NCBI GenBank assembly: GCA_963693365.1
Contig: CAVNZM010000001.1
Span: 1,938,907-2,002,906 of the forward strand
Length of the DNA: 64,000 nt
From: Amoebidium appalachense
Lineage: Eukaryota > Protista > Ichthyosporea
Reading direction: 5' to 3'
Of this stretch, positions 50,468-61,502 are shown one piece after another (position 1 is the first letter of the stretch; each line of letters starts with the position of its first letter). Under the pieces are notes generated by a model, which was given only the letters and a program-made list of their open reading frames with translations, did no database searches and had not been told where the DNA came from. The position numbers and the translations under genes were made by a program.

Positions 50468-51644
50468 CGGTTTGGTCCGACACCTGTGGGGTTGGTTCCC
50501 ACTTGTCGCTTACGGGGTCGTATGCACGACCTTCCGCCAGCGCGAACAGTTCGCAGAAGAGCTCGATTTCCATCTCGCATCGGCGTTTGCGCTCGAGCAG
50601 TTTCTCACCAGAAAACATTGGTTCCTTCGTGTCCGTGTCTATCACGCTCGTAGCATCGTTTTCCAACTTTGCGAGGAACTCTTTTGCCTTGCTGATGCGT
50701 ACACGACAACGTGTGGCGCACGCATTCTTAGCAGACACTTTACGTTCTTTGTCTGCTTTCTGAATGTTTTCCGGCGCGCATGGGTCGTAGCTTGGGAGGT
50801 GGGTGAAGAAGCTTCCACACCCCTTTGTCGCGTCACGGATGAACGCACGGTTATAGTCGCCCCGTACTGCTACTTCCAGCACATCGTATCCAATGAAGGA
50901 CAGACAAAGGATGCGAGAGCACCGGAAGCCGAGAGCCTTGAAGATGGACCACATGGCCCTGTGTGGGCGTCTGCCGTGCTTGACTTTGAAATACACCCTC
51001 TCGTATTTGGGTGGGATGTTGATGTTACCGTTTGCTTGGGTGTTCCCCTTAGCCGGCGGTTTGGGAGGGGAGTTGCGGCGGTACTCGTTGCCTGCAAGAA
51101 TGCTGGCATATGTTTCCTTGGCAATTTGGCGGAGCTCGGGTGTTTTACGAGAGTTCGCATATTCTAGGAACTCTGCCGGGAGCTGTGCTTCCGGTCCTGT
51201 GTTGTTTTGTGTTGGGGTGGAAATGTCTCCGTCGCGAGATGTTTGCTCATGAGTTTTGGGGTTTTGCGATCCACTAATGTTTAGCTGGGCTGTGAGTGAA
51301 TCAATGGTGAGCTTGAGTTGGGTATTTTCTGTTTGGAGTTTTTCTATCATGTTCTTGAGTGGTAACAGCTCATTTAGCTGTTTCTTAACGAGGGCAAGTT
51401 CTGCCAGTACTGTATCAACCGAAAGTTTCGGCATGGTTGTTATTGTGTTTCTACGGAGTGGTGTGGTGTTATTCTGAATGGGTAGTGTATTGTAAATAGG
51501 TGTTGCGCTTAGTCTAAGGCGATGTTTTTCTGGTTGTGCATCTGTGGTAGGTGTATCTGCTGGACGTTTTAATGGTCGCACATGTGTGATGGGTGTAGAT
51601 GGAACTTTGAAAGAGGTTCTGAAACGATTATAGGCATGTGCCAT
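50460..51644 (-). CDS. LINE ORF1 (394 aa; coiled coil plus a possible RRM-like region)
   Basis: Lies upstream of ORF2 with an 8-nt overlap; heptad-rich segment LAELALVKKQLNELL...LQTENTQLKLTIDSLTAQL. Confidence 0.88.
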   Translation of the reverse strand: MAHAYNRFRTSFKVPSTPITHVRPLKRPADTPTTDAQPEKHRLRLSATPIYNTLPIQNNTTPLRRNTITTMPKLSVDTVLAELALVKKQLNELLPLKNMIEKLQTENTQLKLTIDSLTAQLNISGSQNPKTHEQTSRDGDISTPTQNNTGPEAQLPAEFLEYANSRKTPELRQIAKETYASILAGNEYRRNSPPKPPAKGNTQANGNINIPPKYERVYFKVKHGRRPHRAMWSIFKALGFRCSRILCLSFIGYDVLEVAVRGDYNRAFIRDATKGCGSFFTHLPSYDPCAPENIQKADKERKVSAKNACATRCRVRISKAKEFLAKLENDATSVIDTDTKEPMFSGEKLLERKRRCEMEIELFCELFALAEGRAYDPVSDKWEPTPQVSDQTDA

Positions 51645-51891
51645 GACATGGATGGGGGTGTTCCCCGGCCCTTAGGGCCACGGATGGCCTGGTTTAGGGG
51701 TGGATGCGCGAAGGATACTATTTATTAGCAGATAATAAAGAGCGACATTTGAATCGATGTGTGCGACTGAATCGATGTGTGCGACTGATTTAACGTATCA
51801 AATAGACATCATACGTGGAGATATACATTTATACACACACACATATATAGATATTTTGTTCTTTGTTTCGTGTTCAAGTACACCTTAATCC

Positions 51892-52153
51892 TTATTCTGA
51901 GACTGTGTTACATTCTTTGTCCAGATAATCCGTACACTTGTGGAACAGTAGAAACTCGCCAGAGTTAAGTATGAAATTAAGCACTGTGAAGTTCGGTAGG
52001 TCTTTCAATGTGTCATGTGTATGCACCCGGGTAAATCGAGTGTATATGCCTGGAGAAATAATGGTTGGAAGCAAACCACCTTTTGGGGGGCATGATCGTT
52101 CAAATTGGTGTGGTGTGCTGTTTGGTATAGGGCATACATATCTGAAAACTATT
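51892..52153 (-). mobile_element. 3' coding end of a second LINE family (LINE-B)
   Basis: CP...HQFERSC...NFTVLNFILNSGEFLLFHKC aligns with LINE-A CP...HQFNRSC...NYNILDFILNTRNYDLFIRC. Confidence 0.8.
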
Positions 52154-53056
52154 TGTTGTCTTTTGTACGGGTCTAAGGGAGCAGAGTGCACAGAGGTGTC
52201 ATGTAAAACACGACCAACACATTAATGAGAGGGCAATCGGAGTTGTTCACGAGACATCGAAAGATTCAAACAACAACTGATTCTTTATTGTGCTCTCGGT
52301 TCCTTTTGTACTTGCGACTTATCACCTTATCACAACTAAAGAGGGAGAACCAATCGGTTCTATCAGAAGATAAAAAAAACAAAAAACAAAAACACATTCC
52401 GACAGAGCATACGCATTCCAACTTCCGATTAAACTAAAGTTTAGAAACTCTTACTTAAATAAATTAAGTAATTATACATCTAGTCACTATTAACTCACAT
52501 ATATATTTATGTTCGTCTCTATAAAGAAACTTATTTAAATACATATATTTCCTAATAGTCGACACTCTCAAAGTGAAGACACTTTGCAATAAACCGAATT
52601 CCATATATATCTATTGTCCAATCACAACACACATATATTGATAGACAGGAATGCACAACACGATCTACAGATGTACTCGCTCGCGACTATTGGCGAGCCA
52701 TCCTTTTGAGAACAAAACTAAGCCATTTTGAAATAAAGGAAAGACAACGAGTGAGGCTAGCCAATCACGCTACCTCTCAGATAAACAGAGGAGAGCAAAC
52801 AGAAATAAAATACAATAAGTTCTTATCAGGCAAGAGAGCCAGGTGTGCACAGATCTACAGATACCTGTGCTCACAGAAACAAGGGAGAGAGAGATACGGG
52901 GGGGGGGGGGGGGGGGGGGGGGGGGGAGGGGGGGGGGGGGGGGGGCCCGGGGAGATGTGGTATATTATACCGGATATCTAGTATGGATGTACACAGCGCG
53001 CACGTGTGGGTGTGCGTGTGCGTGCGTGCCTGTGTGTGTACATGCGTGCGTGCGTG

Positions 53057-53095
<39 letters not shown>

Positions 53096-53564
53096 AAGAA
53101 GTTAAACATATGTGCACTTGCAGCTTGCAGAATTATTCATGGGAAAACAGATATAATAGTCACATGGGACCGACACGTAGTAGAGGAACCATGAGCGTTA
53201 AGTTATAGTTTTATCATGGGAAAATATGCAAGTAGCCGTGAGGTATGACTGTGGAATGCATCGATAGTCAAGTACTGTCACCCGATTGGCTCACTAAGTT
53301 TATTGGAACCGTGATAGCCATGGGACAGAACCGTGAACCGTATGTGATTGGCTCGTAGCCAAAAAGCACATACCGATGCGCATGTCTGAGCCGCTGTGCG
53401 AGCTCCGATATAAGGGCATGTCGGGGACTTCAGAGCTCACTCAGTGTGCTCGGCTTACTAAGTGTAAGTAGGACTAGCACGTAAATAAGCAAAGCGTGGT
53501 CTAGTCAACCCCGTTCATTTATAAACATATTGTTTGTCACAGACACACGATCATATTATACAAC

Positions 53565-53641
<77 letters not shown>

Positions 53642-54568
53642 CACAAAGAAGGAAAGCAGACACGAATACAAACAAGCTAAGACACATACATACTTCAAGG
53701 CTCTTGCTGTCATACATGGTGACGTATTCCAACATCCCCACTCAAGGGGTTGAAGTTTGTGTTCTCGTGTCTGTTGATGTGACGGTAGATGAGGTCCAAA
53801 CACAGGAGGGGCCGTCACACTCAAGTTTCCCCACTTGAGGATGCAAACCGAAGATCCTTGAGGTGGGAAGGAGAGAATCAAAACTGAAGAGGCACACAAC
53901 GACGGTTGCCTCGGAAGGCTCGGAACAATAAATCATGGTGGTTATCGTCGATATATATATATAGAGAGGAAACACTAGTGTATGTGTGACGTGTTGGTGG
54001 CTAATGTTTTATACTGGGGACCACCCAGGTAAACACAAGGCATGAACATCTTGTGGACTGATTTATAGACTGGTTGTCAACCAGTTAAGACACGGGGAAG
54101 GTGCATCCCGTGGACTAGGTTTAGACTGGCAGTCAACCAGCTCGCAAGGCTATAGATAATTATTTATACTGGGTCGCCATCTCAGTTCGACAGATATACA
54201 AAGTCGAATATATATAGAAGAAAACCAATATATATGGTGGGATATGAATATAAATAAACGACGGATGGTGGAGAATAATCCCTACTGAAGATGCACACGC
54301 ATGACGATGTAAGACAGAGTCCCCATTGATGAAGAGAAACGATGAGGAGTAGTAGACTTTCGTTGGGAGGCATCTTGAGCACCGTGGCTGTGTCAACTGC
54401 TGTCCAGGGCCCCAACCTACTCAGAAACCACTCGATGATGAACACCAGTGCACGGGTCAGTCACGGAGACTGACGTTGGCACGGTGTGTGTCGTGGGCCG
54501 GACCAGCCAGAGGCTTGGTGAAGATGTCGGCCGGGTTCTTCTTGGTGTCGATGTAGGTGACAGTGACG
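52154..54568 (-). mobile_element. Copia-B copy 3, 3' end: RNase H tail, 3' UTR, PPT and 3' LTR2 (52154-53734, split by solo LTR4)
   Basis: Matches 7876-8703 and LTR2. Confidence 0.9.
52956..53565. repeat. Solo LTR of a further family (LTR4, 610 bp)
   Basis: TGTGGTATA...TATACAACA inverted ends; TSD GGAGA (52951-52955 and 53566-53570). Confidence 0.8.
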
Positions 54569-57500
54569 TGTTAAATTATATAAGTATTTGGGATGAAAGC
54601 AGAGACACAGTGGTGCAGTGTAAAAACACCACAGACACACACAACAACAAAACACGGAACGATCGGAGCAGTGTACACAACAGACATCAATGTTTAGACA
54701 CGACTGAACTGAATTTATTCTGATCTTCGAATAAATACCTGAAATTCCTCTAAGTCCAATCCATACATGATTTCCGACCAGTCGGAAATCAGATCTATCT
54801 CTAATAGAAACCAATCACTAAGAACCAATTGCTTTCAGAGAGATCCGGTACGCGGAGACGTACACGATAGGACACAGACACTAGTTAAGGTCAACTCGTG
54901 TCATCATCAAGGAAGTTCTAACCTATGACATACTGCAAAGACTCAGACATATCACACTTAACCTTGATGATTGGTTAAAGCCCGGCAACACATGAAAACT
55001 AAAGTAAATTAACGAAGTCTAAACACACATGCTATTCTAAGTGTAGCCTAAGTGTGTCACCGTCCAATGAACACGTATTAAGTAACACAAATCTACCTAA
55101 CATATATTAGTAGAAAAGAAACACGATTATACACATGAAGACAAGGAGAGAAAGAAAAGAAAATAAGGAAGGAGAAAGAGAAAGGAAAAGAGAGCACAGA
55201 TCAACAAACAAGATAGTAATAGCATAACTATAACCAGAGATATTTATGTACACACGAACATGTACACGTCTCTCCCTGAGTGGGTGGATCCGAGTGGGTG
55301 GATCCATGTACACACATATAAATATTCTAATCGATATTACAACACACGATTAAAGCCGATACAAGACGATTACAAGTATACAAGCATATCGGAGATCGAT
55401 GCTACACTTTACGTAATAGGAGTGTAGCTTTTACACTAAGCATATGAACTGAAACATAACACAAACTGAGAAGATCTTACCATATGTAAATACTACGTAT
55501 TACAACATCCCCACTTAAGACTTTGAAGTTTGTGTTATCATATCCCCACTGAACTAGTGAAATCTCCCCACTTGAGAACAGAAACGGAAAAAAAAATTAA
55601 AGTTTGTACTTTTCCGGGGGGGGGGGGGGGGGGAGAAGGGGGGGGGGGGGGGGGGGGGGGGGAGGGGGGGGGGGAAGGGGGGGGGGGAGGGGGGGGGGGG
55701 GGGGGGGGGGAAGAAACGGGGGCAAAAACAACGAATATGTATAACGTGTATAGTCGGGTTTTGATTAACTGGGTTTTAAACCAGTGAAAGATAGAGTAGA
55801 GTCATGGTACAGGTCAAACCTTATATATAAACCCTAAGTGGGCATACCCACAAAGGCAAGATACATATGAAATGATGATTATGATAAAGTAAGTAGTAAA
55901 CATTAGAAAATCACTCTTGAAGTAGGACGGGTCAATCCACAATATCCGGCAAACAAAGTCGAGCACGATGGTGGACATGACTCGGGCCGGGGAGGGGTTT
56001 GGTGAGGATGTCAGCTAAGTTGTGGGCTGACTCAACGTAGTGGACAACCACGTCCCCACTTGCAATGTAGTCCTTGGTGTTGTGATACCGGACGGCAATG
56101 TGTTTGGTACGGTGCTTGATGCCGGTGGAGTTGACGATGGCAATGGTCGACTGGTTGTCACAGTACACCGGAGTCATAGCAAGCATGGGACAGCCGAGTT
56201 CCTTGAAGAGGTCACGGACCCAAGCAACTTCTTGGGTGCCAGCATTGAGAGCAATCAGCTCAGCTTCAGTGGTGCTGGTGGCCGTGATGGGCTGGAGCTT
56301 GGAGTACCAGATGATGGGCATACCAGCAAACTCGATAATGTAGCCGGTGGTAGACTTCTTGCTGTCGGCACAACCAGCAAAGTCAGCATCCGTGTAGCAT
56401 TCGAGTATGGGGGACTGGGTGGCCGAGTACTTGTAGTCAATGCCAAGGTCAATGGTGCCGAGCAGGTACCGAGCCACACGACGGAGAAGGTCCCAGTGAG
56501 TCTTGCCGGGGTTGGTGCTGAACCGACCGAGGAAGCCGATGGCATAGGCAATGTCGGGACGGGTGCACCGTGCCACCCAGAGGAGACGGCCGAGTAACTC
56601 ACGGTAGGGCACGGTGAACGGTTGGGGGGGGCAGTCAGCCAGGGAGACGGTGGTGCCTGCAGGGATGGGGGTAGACTTGGACTTGGCATCGGTGAGGTTG
56701 AAGTCGTGGATGATATCCATGATGTAAGACCTCTGGTGCATGTGGAGGTGATGGGGATCAGAGTGATTAAAATCAACACCGAGCATACGGTCAAATGGAC
56801 TCATACGACAGCTGGCCATCTTGCTGATGTGGGCAGCCAGGTCACTGGCAGCAGTAGAACCCCGGGTGTTGGTGATGGTGGAGTCGTCGACGTAGTTACC
56901 AGCCCGAACCACATCGTTGTTGGGGAAGAACCGGAGGTAGATGCACGGATCGGTCTTAGTACGGGTCAGGCCATGGGCAAGAAGAATGCCGTCGAGGAAG
57001 TCGTACCAAGCCTTGGAGGCTTGCTTGAGGCCGTACAGGGCTTTCTTGAGTCTCCAGACCTTGCCAAGTGTGGCCATGGTGATGAATCCCGGGGGTTGTT
57101 TCATGTAGATGGTCTCGGTGAGTGGGCTGTTGAGAAAGGCCGTAGACACGTCGAGTTGATGGATGTCATGACCTTCAACAACGGCCAGAGCTAGGATAGC
57201 ACGGAGAGCAGCCGGACGGATGACAGGGCTCTCAATCAACTCATAGTCAACACCGTATTGCTGACTGAAGCCTTGAGCAACACCACGTGCCTTGATCTTG
57301 GTGTCACCAGCCGAGTTGAGAGTTTTCTCGGAGACAATCCACTTGAAGCCGACGATGTTAGCACCAGGGGGAGGGTCAACAAGTTCAAAGATGTCTTTTT
57401 CGACGAAGGCTTGATACTCAGCAGTGAGGGCTGACTTGACCTGGTTGTCACCATTGGGTCCGGAACACAGTTGACGGACAAGTTTGGGTAGTTGGTCGAT

Positions 57501-57625
57501 GTTGATGGGGGGACCGGGGGGGACTGGGAGGGTGGTGGTGGCTTGAAATCCAACCTTGCCCTGTAGACGGGCAGAACGACGGGGTGCAGGAACCGGGGGA
57601 GGTGGAGACGGGGGGGGGGGAACTT
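54569..57625 (-). mobile_element. Copia-A copy 3: RT/RNase H, 3' UTR and LTR1 (54569-55507)
   Basis: ORF 55932-57239 (RT-RH); triple PPT; LTR1. Confidence 0.95.
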
Positions 57626-57634
57626 AGTAGTTGA

Positions 57635-58527
57635 CTTCTCAGTTCGTTTATTTTTCATTCATTTACTTAATGAAAAAGATGTGCTCCTGTACGTAAATTG
57701 ACATCGATCTAGTGTATTTGAGTACTTGTAATCGTGTTGTGTCGGCTATATTCGTGTGTTTAGATATCGATTACAGCAACTGATTATAGGTACACGAGTC
57801 TACCAGTGAGGGAGACACGTGTACATGTTATGTGTACATGAATATCTTCGGTTATAACTGTGTTTTGCTGTTCGTGTTTTCTGTCCTGCTTTCTTTTCTT
57901 TTTCCTCTTTCTTCGTCTTTTCTTTTCTCTTTCTTTCTTCTCTTGTTTCCTTTCATTTAATTATATTTCTCTCTCACTAATATACGTTGAGTAGATTTAT
58001 ATTACTCGTTATGTTTTGATTGGTAGAAAAACACTTAGGTTACACTTTAGCTTGTCAGGTATGATTCATAGCTTAGTCAACCACTTTTGTTTTGTGTGTT
58101 GCCGTACTATATCCAATCAGTGGACTTAGTCAGAAAATGTCTGAGTCTTTGTAGCCGATGATAGGTTAGAAACACCACCTCTTTCCTCGTTACTCTTCAC
58201 CTCTTTTCTTTCTTATAGCTGTGACCTATGGTGTGTGTTCCCGCGTCTCCGGATCTATCCGGGAAATAATCAGTTAATTATGATTGGTTATTTTAGACAT
58301 AGATCTGATTTCCGACTGGTCGGAAATCATGTATGGATTTAACTTAAGGGAATTTCAGGTATTTATTAGCGATCAAAATAAATTGAGTTCAGTCGTGTCT
58401 AAACATTGATGTCTGTTGTGTACACTGCTCCGATCGTTCCGTGTTTTGTTGTTGTGTGTGTCTGTGGTGTTTTCACACTGCACCACTGTGTCTCTGCTTT
58501 CATCCCAAATACTTATACAATTTAACA
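57635..58527 (+). repeat. LTR1c variant, 5' end damaged
   Basis: Inverted near-copy of 61503-62400; ends TTTAACA. Confidence 0.85.
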
Positions 58528-58570
58528 AGCATGTATGCCTTAAACACACGCCGCATAACCTGGGTAAGGG

Positions 58571-59582
58571 GGGGGCGGGTTGGTGCAATGGTAAGATCTC
58601 TGCGTGTCAAGCTCAAAGTCTGTTGGAATACGTCACCATGTATGACAGCAAGAGCCTTGAAGTATGTATGTGTCTTAGCTTGTTTGTTTCTTTATAGAGA
58701 CGAACATAAATATATATGTGAGTTAATAGTGACTAGATGTATAATTACTTAATTTATTTAAGTAAGAGTTTCTAAACTTTAGTTTAATCGGAAGTTGGAA
58801 TGCGTATGCTCTGTCGGAATGTGTTTTTCTATCTTCTGATAGAACCGATTGGTTCTCCCTCTTTAGTTGTGATAAGGTGATAAGTCGCAAGTACAAAAGG
58901 AACCGAGAGCACAATAAAGAATCAGTTGTTGTTTGAATCTTTCAATGTCTCGTGAACAACTCCGATTGCCCTCTCATTAATGTGTTAGTCGTGTTTTACA
59001 TGACACCTCTGTGCACTCTGCTCCCTTAGACCCGTACAAAACAACAAAGTCGCAGGATCGATCCTGGTTACTTCCGATTTTTCTGCCTCGACGGTCCACC
59101 GGTCTGGCCGCCCCCTAGAAGCCATCACAGTCAAGCAGCACCACCAGTTTGTTATCATCCGGCCGCAAGACATGACGTCATGAACAGCACCGGCCCTCTG
59201 ACGCCGAAGGCGCGCCGCTTGGGCATCCCAGTCCAACGTTCAAGTGGGAGACCAATCCAAATCACCGACCACGGTTCGGGTCAGCGTCCTGGGCATGGGG
59301 TCTTCCCCTTTCAAGTCTTTATGTTTGTGTATGTGTCCCGGGTCGCTCCCGGCTGGTGTTGTTAAAGTGAGCTGTGCTCACTTCCCCACTAGGGTTGCTG
59401 CGGCTAGAACCGTGGGATAAGGCGTAACTAAAAATAGTGCCAGTTGGGGTCAATTAGAATCCTGACTTATGAGTGTGCTATACAGTACGATCTGTGTCTA
59501 GGCGGAAGACGGTAAGCTCCCCTGAGGGCAGTGCCTCGCCGGGAGTGAAACGGGATAATAATAAATAAAAAAATAGAAAAAA
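58571..59582 (+). mobile_element. tRNA-derived SINE (~580 bp once the nested LTR is removed)
   Basis: 17-bp TSD CATAACCTGGGTAAGGG (58554-58570 and 59583-59599); A-box TGGTGCAATGG; B-box-like GGATCGATCC; A-rich tail. Confidence 0.8.
58621..59046 (+). repeat. Solo LTR2 with an internal deletion (426 bp)
   Basis: TGTTGG...ACAACA ends; TSD AAGTC (58616-58620 and 59047-59051). Confidence 0.92.
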
Positions 59583-60034
59583 CATAACCTGGGTAAGGGT
59601 GATTGGGCGAAAATCTTCAATCGGACCAGCATCAACCTTCTTCCTAACAGGGAACACAACAATCTCTAACCAGGCGTTGGGGACAGCATGAAACCGCACA
59701 ATCCACTGAAACAATACACTAATCAAACATGTAATGAGGGGGGGTGTTGCCAGGCGGTCTTCCTCCTTATTGGGGTAGGGGGGAACAAGAATTTTCAGAA
59801 AGGCTATGGGGGCCATCGGGGCCACACGACTTACCTGATGGATAGCTAGACACAACTGCCCACACACAATCAGCACTAAAATGCGGGCTAAAATGCCAAG
59901 TTGAAGCAGTCATTACAGGGTCATCAGGCCAACGGTCAAACTGGGTCGCAGCATTAGTGGGGGCGTTTATATCAGAAAAATACAGGGCAGCATTTGTTAA
60001 TGGGTCACCTGTCACATGCCATGCAGGGCCAAAC

Positions 60035-60700
60035 TTTGCAGTACGTAGTATCTGCATAGTGTAAGATCTTTTCAGTTTGTGTTATGTCTTCGTTCATGTG
60101 CTCAGTATAAAAGCTACACTCCTAGTATGTAAAGTGTGGCATCGATCTCTCATATGTATGCATACTTGTAATCGTGTTGTATTGGCATTAATCGTGTGTT
60201 AGTATCTTGATTAGAGTGAGAAAGTGAGTGTACACGGATCCACCCACTGAGGGGGAGACGTGTACATGTTTGTGTGTACATATATATCTTTATTTGTAGT
60301 TATGCTATCTATGTCGTGTTTGTTGATCTCTGTTCTCTTCTCCTTTCTCTTTCTCCTTCTTTCTTTTCTTTTCTTTCTCTCCCTTGTCTTCAAGTGCATG
60401 ATCATCTTTCTTTTCTACTAATTTATGTCAAGTAGATTTGTGTTGCTTAGTATGTGTTGATTGGACGGCCACACACTTAGGCTGACCATGTGTGATAAGT
60501 GTTCATTACTTTACATTAGTTTTTAAGTGTTGCTGTGCTTTGTCCAATCATAGAAGTTGTGTGGCGTGCGTGTGTTAGTGGCAGTGTCTCATCGGTTAGA
60601 ACTATGCACCACACTTCCCTCGTTTCCTCGTTATTGACACAAGTTGATCATGACTAGTGTCTGTGCCCTATCATGTACATATCCGCGTGCCGGATCTTGT
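60035..60700 (+). repeat. Diverged LTR1 relative (LTR1d), partial
   Basis: Colinear similarity to the first two-thirds of LTR1. Confidence 0.75.
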
Positions 60701-61176
60701 TGGAGTACACTGGTACTCCCGACTAGCAATGTCTGTTAGAGGAAATTTCTGAGTAATTGAATAATTGTTTCAACACTCACTCGAGTGCATAGAGCTTTTG
60801 TTTACTATCGTATTCATGTATGGAAGCTATATGTTTGAGTCAAAACTGTACCGGTGACGAGCTTCACTATCAATGTGCTAATTGTGCTCATTAATTAATA
60901 TTCCCGGTTCAGATGATGTCATGTCTATATTTGCCGCAGGACTCTATTCTTATAATGGTAGTGTGCTTTATTCCCAGTATTCTCAGAATATGTTTATTTG
61001 TGTGTTAGATTTACGTTTAACTGCTATTGGTGTGTTAAAGACGTTTATTTGTGTGCTTTAGTGCAAGTTAACTAGCCACTCAACGTGCACAGTTAACTTT
61101 TATATTTGTAACGACTTATTTTCCATTGCGCTCTCTTTCCGGCCATGCTGTACATGGCCCACCACCAGCGTGCACA

Positions 61177-61492
61177 TGTTGGAATACGTCACTACGTAGT
61201 ACAGCAAGAACCTTGAAATATGTGGTTGTGTCTTAGCTTTGTTTGTATTTGTGTCTTGTTTTCTCCTTTGTGCTCTCTTCCTTTTCCCCCTTCTCTCTCT
61301 CTCCTCCCCCCCCCCCCCCTCCCCCCTCCCCCCTCCCCCCCCTCCCCCCCGTATCTCTCTCTCTCCCTTGTTTCTGTGTGCACGGATATCTGTAGATCTG
61401 TGCACACCTGGCTCCCTTGCCCGATAGGACTTATTGCATTTTATCTGTGTTTGCTCTCCTCTGTTTTTCTGAGAGGTAGTGTGATTGGCTAT
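61177..61492 (+). repeat. Diverged LTR2 5' fragment
   Basis: Starts TGTTGGAATACGTCAC; similar to LTR2. Confidence 0.8.
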
Positions 61493-61502
61493 CTAATAGT
61501 AT

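Larger units (their letters stand above)
46919..51786 (-). mobile_element. Full-length, apparently intact LINE-A (ORF1 + APE-RT ORF2)
   Basis: TSD GATTTAACG (46910-46918 and 51787-51795); two open ORFs; an 18-bp tandem duplication at the 5' end. Confidence 0.95.
58528..60034 (-). mobile_element. LINE-B middle fragment (RT N-terminal region), split by the SINE
   Basis: KSCGPDG, FLKILVP and FRPITLTQV|MRRVFKAYML, which continues at 58528-58570 across the SINE TSD. Confidence 0.85.

Noticed and set aside
59505-59555. Hammerhead ribozyme at the SINE 3' end (CTGAGGG...GAAAC)
   Set aside because: The core is not CUGANGA, and I could not form stems I and III.
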